Positions 59,717 through 64,000 of a stretch of DNA of 64,000 nucleotides are shown here, piece by piece. Both the position numbers and the translations under genes were made by a program. The DNA comes from Schmidtea nova (taxonomy: Eukaryota): the NCBI GenBank assembly GCA_044892505.1, contig CM097882.1, forward strand, positions 142,848,001 through 142,912,000. The letters run 5' to 3'. How positions within the stretch are numbered: the stretch's first letter is position 1; every line of letters starts with the position of its first letter. Below the pieces are notes generated by a model. The model worked only from the letters and a program-made list of their open reading frames with translations. It ran no database searches and was not told where the DNA came from.

Positions 59717-59986
59717 TTAGCGTTTTTGAGAGCTAATTCTCTTGCGTTTCTTAGTCTTCACAGGTTGTTCATTCACTGCTGAAACATGATTTTCAGTTGG
59801 CACGGCCACGCAGTACCATTCTGACAAGGTCAGTGGCCGTATTAGACTCTCAATTTCCTCTCTTACGAATTTCTTTGCAATGTACTTCATGCAGTTTCTC
59901 AATTCGATACGAGTGGCCTCAAGCTCAAATTTGAGGTCGTCATTCGCTTTCCATATGCGAACTAACTTATAGAATTGTATTTTCAC
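59717..59986 (-). CDS. Hypothetical orphan ORF with basic NLS-like tail (probably a frameshifted remnant)
   Basis: Ends KTKKRKRISSQKR; lies downstream of the orphan gene at 60440-60850. Confidence 0.35.
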   Translation of the reverse strand: MKIQFYKLVRIWKANDDLKFELEATRIELRNCMKYIAKKFVREEIESLIRPLTLSEWYCVAVPTENHVSAVNEQPVKTKKRKRISSQKR

Positions 59987-60439
59987 AGCGGCTGGCGAAA
60001 ATATGTGCTTTCCAGCTCCGCGACTCTTTTCTTTAAAACTCCTATGAGTGGATCGTTCCTCGTATCAACTTTCATGTTCGACGATTTTTTTTCTAAGTGA
60101 AAAGTATTTTAAATTAAATATTTTAAATTACTTGTCTGCTCCTACAACCATTACTGATTATTTAATGTGGAGTTCGCTACCTGAAAACCTCATAGGGTGG
60201 GACCCATATGTGCATGTTGACTTACTCAGATTTTTCACCATTGATGGTGACTACTCTATCTGTCAATCGTTTCCTCAACTCTCGCTTTACTATGAATACT
60301 ACGGCGTTCGACTGCTATTTTACTACTCTCTCTTATGTCATATTAAATTAAATTATATTTCCCACAATTCGAACAACGTTACGCAAAATAAAAGATTTAT
60401 TAAGTTGAATTATAACATGTACTATAATGCATGTCACGC

Positions 60440-60850
60440 ATTAGATCCAATCGGACTTTCAGGAGAGTCGGGAATACGCGCGACCATATCGACGTCTTTT
60501 ATTTCTCGGCCAATTTTCTAAAATTCCTCGGCCGATTTTCCAAAATTCCTCGGCAGAGATTGCTCCCATGAACTGTATGATGTCGAGACCCTCAATCTCG
60601 CTCGGAGTCTCAACAAAATACTTCGGAGTGTCAGTCGGATAATCCTCTTCCACGTTTATTGGCCACTTCTGCCCACCGACCCAGACTATGTAATCGGGGC
60701 TATCGCGATAGATGCTGAATCGAGGCATTTCTCCTGTTCGTCTAAAGGTTTCCACGTGTTCTGAAAAAATTTCTCGGGCTAGCTCTGAGGGAATATTCTG
60801 TTTCAGAGGAGGTAAATATCGTATGATTTTTCATTTCCCTGCGCCCTCCC
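60440..60850 (-). pseudogene. Orphan gene family copy 2
   Basis: PLKQNIPSELAREIF..RTGEMPRF..DSPDYIVWVGG..YPTDTPKYFVET..SAEEF; frameshift before RIPDSPESP. Confidence 0.6.
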
Positions 60851-61080
60851 ATTCACTCCCCACTCTACTTTCGACTCGAAGTGGTTCGTGTTGATAGATC
60901 CGTTCATCATTTATTGAAGATTTTATTTCTGTAATATAATATAATTAAATGAATCATAAGTTGAAATTATTTATCGGTTACATAGGAATAAATTCAGACA
61001 ACATTTAACCCAAACAGAAAACACCTGGAAAATAATACTTGGCAGCGCAAATTTATTGGGATTAATTAAATGGGTTACGT

Positions 61081-61536
61081 AGTAGATAGATATATCCGGT
61101 CTGCCTCAATACCACTTGTGTGTATATTATATAATCGTTCGGACTCTGCATAGCACACATGATTACGTGATCATTATGTAACTAACGTGTTTTGATTAGC
61201 ACACTTGTTGTAACGTAATATTTCTCAGCCTTTACATAACAAATATTATGATGACATACTTACGTAATTGAGATCAAAGGTCAAGATCGTTTCGAGGTCA
61301 AGGTCAATGTGTGATCGGGGTCAAAGGTCAAGGTCATTTTTTTGTTTTAATTTTATTTTTGTTGGCGCAATTTTTGAATTTTTCCGCCGTTTTGAATAAT
61401 CAAAGTAAATATTAAAATTTTAGCGCAATTTACAAAAGTTCTAAAATTTTTAATGATTTTTGTTTTATTATTATTTTTTACTAATAATATTTTATAAATA
61501 TTATTTTATTTAATATCTCTATTACAATTAATATTT

Positions 61537-61540
<4 letters not shown>
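61081..61540 (+). mobile_element. Polinton-like left terminus (element 3 remnant)
   Basis: Starts AGTAGATAGAT, followed by dense AGGTCA and TTA(C/T)(G/A)TAA motifs and A/T runs as in the other termini. Confidence 0.55.

Positions 61541-61544
<4 letters not shown>

Positions 61545-61624
<80 letters not shown>
61545..61624 (+). repeat. (ATT)n microsatellite
   Basis: Direct reading. Confidence 0.95.
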
Positions 61625-62837
61625 GTTGGGTTATTAATGTGAAGTCGGTAATTTCTGACTCCTGTGTTCTCTTTCAATCACGAAAATAAATGAAACCCAA
61701 CACAATAACTTTATATTATTTTTCCAATGAACAATAACACTTACTAATGCTCTGCACTCTTCAGCGTGAGGGTAGAACACCCAATGGGATATCTCCCTCT
61801 CTGGCACGCAAGAAGATTTAAATTCAATTTCTACCTTTGATTTTCTTTACACGCTTCCTCCAACTAGCTTCTAGTTGTTTTACAAGTTCTGTTTGTGCTT
61901 GAAATTTATCTTCGACCACTTTAGACTCAAAAAATTAGCTTTGACCAACTGGCGATATCGGTAATTTGCTCTCCGTTTATATACTACTTTTTGTTGTCAT
62001 CCTGTCGGCTTAATTGGATCTGTCAAAAATGAAATAATTAAATTTGTTTGACCGCCGCCTAATTGAGTTTCGCCGCTAATGGTTTTTCGGCTCTTCCCGG
62101 GGCATTCAATTTATTTCGATAATTAAATGATTTTGTTGATGCCCCGGGTTTCACACATCGCTCGGGTTTCCCATTAGCTCGGGTTTCCCATTGGCTCGGG
62201 TTTTCCATTAGACGATTAATTATTTTTAATTAATTTGTATTTTCTTAATTTATCTTTTATCTTTTTTGAATTCTTCTCATCATTTGCCATCCTCCCATAC
62301 CAGTTTCCCCCGCTGAATCTTTATTTTTGAATTTTATAAATTTTTAATTAATGTTTGTACTTCAATGATTATTTTTCCAATTTTCGTATTTATATCGATT
62401 TGCACATAGTTTTTGTGCTTTTTAATATTCTATTTCAAGCNNNNNNNNNNNNNNNNNNNNNNNNNNNNNNNNNNNNNNNNNNNNNNNNNNNNNNNNNNNN
62501 NNNNNNNNNNNNNNNNNNNNNNNNNNNNNNNNNNNNNNNNNNNNNNNNNNNNNNNNNNNNNNNNNNNNNNNNNNNNNNNNNNNNNNNNNNNNNNNNNNNN
62601 NNNNNNNNNNNNNNNNNNNNNNNNNNNNNNNNNNNNNNNNNNNNNNNNNNNNNNNNNNNNNNNNNNNNNNNNNNNNNNNNNNNNNNNNNNNNNNNNNNNN
62701 NNNNNNNNNNNNNNNNNNNNNNNNNNNNNNNNNNNNNNNNNNNNNNNNNNNNNNNNNNNNNNNNNNNNNNNNNNNNNNNNNNNNNNNNNNNNNNNNNNNN
62801 ATGGCAATTTATTATTAAAAAGACCAATTTGCCATTT

Positions 62838-63363
62838 TAAAATATATTTATGGGAAATATATTTCGATGGTATAACCATCATCTTCAGTTCTAAAATTAT
62901 CGATTATTTAAACAAATTATGCGGTCAAATAAAAGTAACCACTATACACATTGTGTCCGTCATCTCTGTACTCGCATTCGTGAACATTCTAGACCTAATG
63001 GTGTCAGTAATATTTGTGAGCATGTTAAAACAATCTCTAAAAATACAATTATACATGTTAAAGATTTTAGAATTGTGAATAGAAACTTTTCCAGTTACTG
63101 GGAAAGAGTGGTTTGTGAAGCTTTGTATATCAAATCTTTGGATCCTAAGATTAATTTACAAAGTGAGACAACAAATCTATTGAGTGTGTTTAATTAGAAG
63201 TGAGGGAAAGATGAAAATTTTTTTATTTTTCATTCTTTAAATTTGCACAATGCGTATAGTGGTTACTTATATTTGACCGCATAATTTGTTTAAATAATCG
63301 ATAATTTTAGGACTGAAGATGATCGTTATACCATCGAAATATATTTCCCATAAATATATTTTG
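62838..63363 (+). mobile_element. 5'-truncated Penelope-like retroelement: GIY-YIG C-terminus with inverted pseudo-LTRs
   Basis: RHLCTRIREH...SNICEH...RVVCEALYIKSLDPKINLQ; approximately 118-bp inverted repeat 62838-62955 / 63246-63363. Confidence 0.85.
63305..63352 (+). ncRNA. Minimal type-I hammerhead ribozyme motif in the Penelope pLTR (second copy on the - strand near 62848-62896)
   Basis: CTGAAGA-T-GAT(C/G)GTTATACCATC-GAAA-TATAT-T; stem II GATGGT/ACCATC is perfect in the inverted copy. Confidence 0.65.
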
Positions 63364-64000
63364 AANNNNNNNNNNNNNNNNNNNNNNNNNNNNNNNNNNN
63401 NNNNNNNNNNNNNNNNNNNNNNNNNNNNNNNNNNNNNNNNNNNNNNNNNNNNNNNNNNNNNNNNNNNNNNNNNNNNNNNNNNNNNNNNNNNNNNNNNNNN
63501 NNNNNNNNNNNNNNNNNNNNNNNNNNNNNNNNNNNNNNNNNNNNNNNNNNNNNNNNNNNNNNNNNNNNNNNNNNNNNNNNNNNNNNNNNNNNNNNNNNNN
63601 NNNNNNNNNNNNNNNNNNNNNNNNNNNNNNNNNNNNNNNNNNNNNNNGAAGAGACAATATAAAGAACATATGCTTTAATATTGCTAGTTCTAAAGAGCGG
63701 TGATTAAATGCCTGTGCTTAAGAAACATGCTGGACAAGTAAACGCGTCCACAAAGGTCGTCTGTGCTTCCACCAAATTGAGGTCAATAGCACCTGGGCAT
63801 CAATAGTTCGCTATCTATAGATATCATGTCTCGGATAATCAAGGGTAGCCAGCTACCAATACATCATCCACAACGTAGTGTTTCATACGCCATGAATGTG
63901 CCGGCAAGATATCGTCATAAACACTATGACCGAATTTAATTAATATGTTGTCAAAAATAAACAAACATCGCAAAGGCTTACAATTTGGTTGGATTACGGT

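Noticed and set aside
63670-64000. Minus-strand segment with VVDDVL as a reverse transcriptase fragment
   Set aside because: Multiple stops and motif order not convincing.
1-64000. Host taxon assignment
   Set aside because: AT richness, tiny introns and metazoan-type elements suggest an animal with a compact gene structure, but the sequence alone does not identify it.

Overview
This is an AT-rich eukaryotic window, most likely from an animal, with several N gaps and very short spliceosomal introns. It is made almost entirely of mobile elements. (1) 1-8753: the right arm of a Polinton/Maverick (adintovirus-like) element. It carries an adenain-type protease, major capsid, core-like proteins, penton, retroviral-type integrase and packaging ATPase. 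It also carries a divergently transcribed TBP-like gene, orphan ORFs and a predicted type-I membrane protein, and ends in 5'-AGTAG termini. Three of its genes contain 39-51 nt GT-AG introns. (2) About 9.9-19.1 kb: a second, decayed Polinton (pPolB pseudogene, shared orphan genes, AP-1-rich terminus). It abuts a truncated BEL/Pao integrase and is itself interrupted by a 4.5-kb Ty3/Gypsy element. (3) Two very compact Ty3/Gypsy elements with identical 107-bp and 121-bp LTRs (12842-17371 and 48856-53485; the second is intact), plus a decayed third. (4) An eEF2 pseudogene fragment, a tandem duplication of an intronless UBE2K-like gene, three hAT elements with 8-bp TSDs (one intact), MITEs, a TRAF/MATH fragment, a 159-nt perfect palindrome, a third Polinton-like terminus rich in nuclear-receptor sites, and a Penelope-like 3' fragment with hammerhead-ribozyme motifs. 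I saw no rRNA, tRNA or CRISPR array. All family assignments come from motif recognition by eye; no database search was run.
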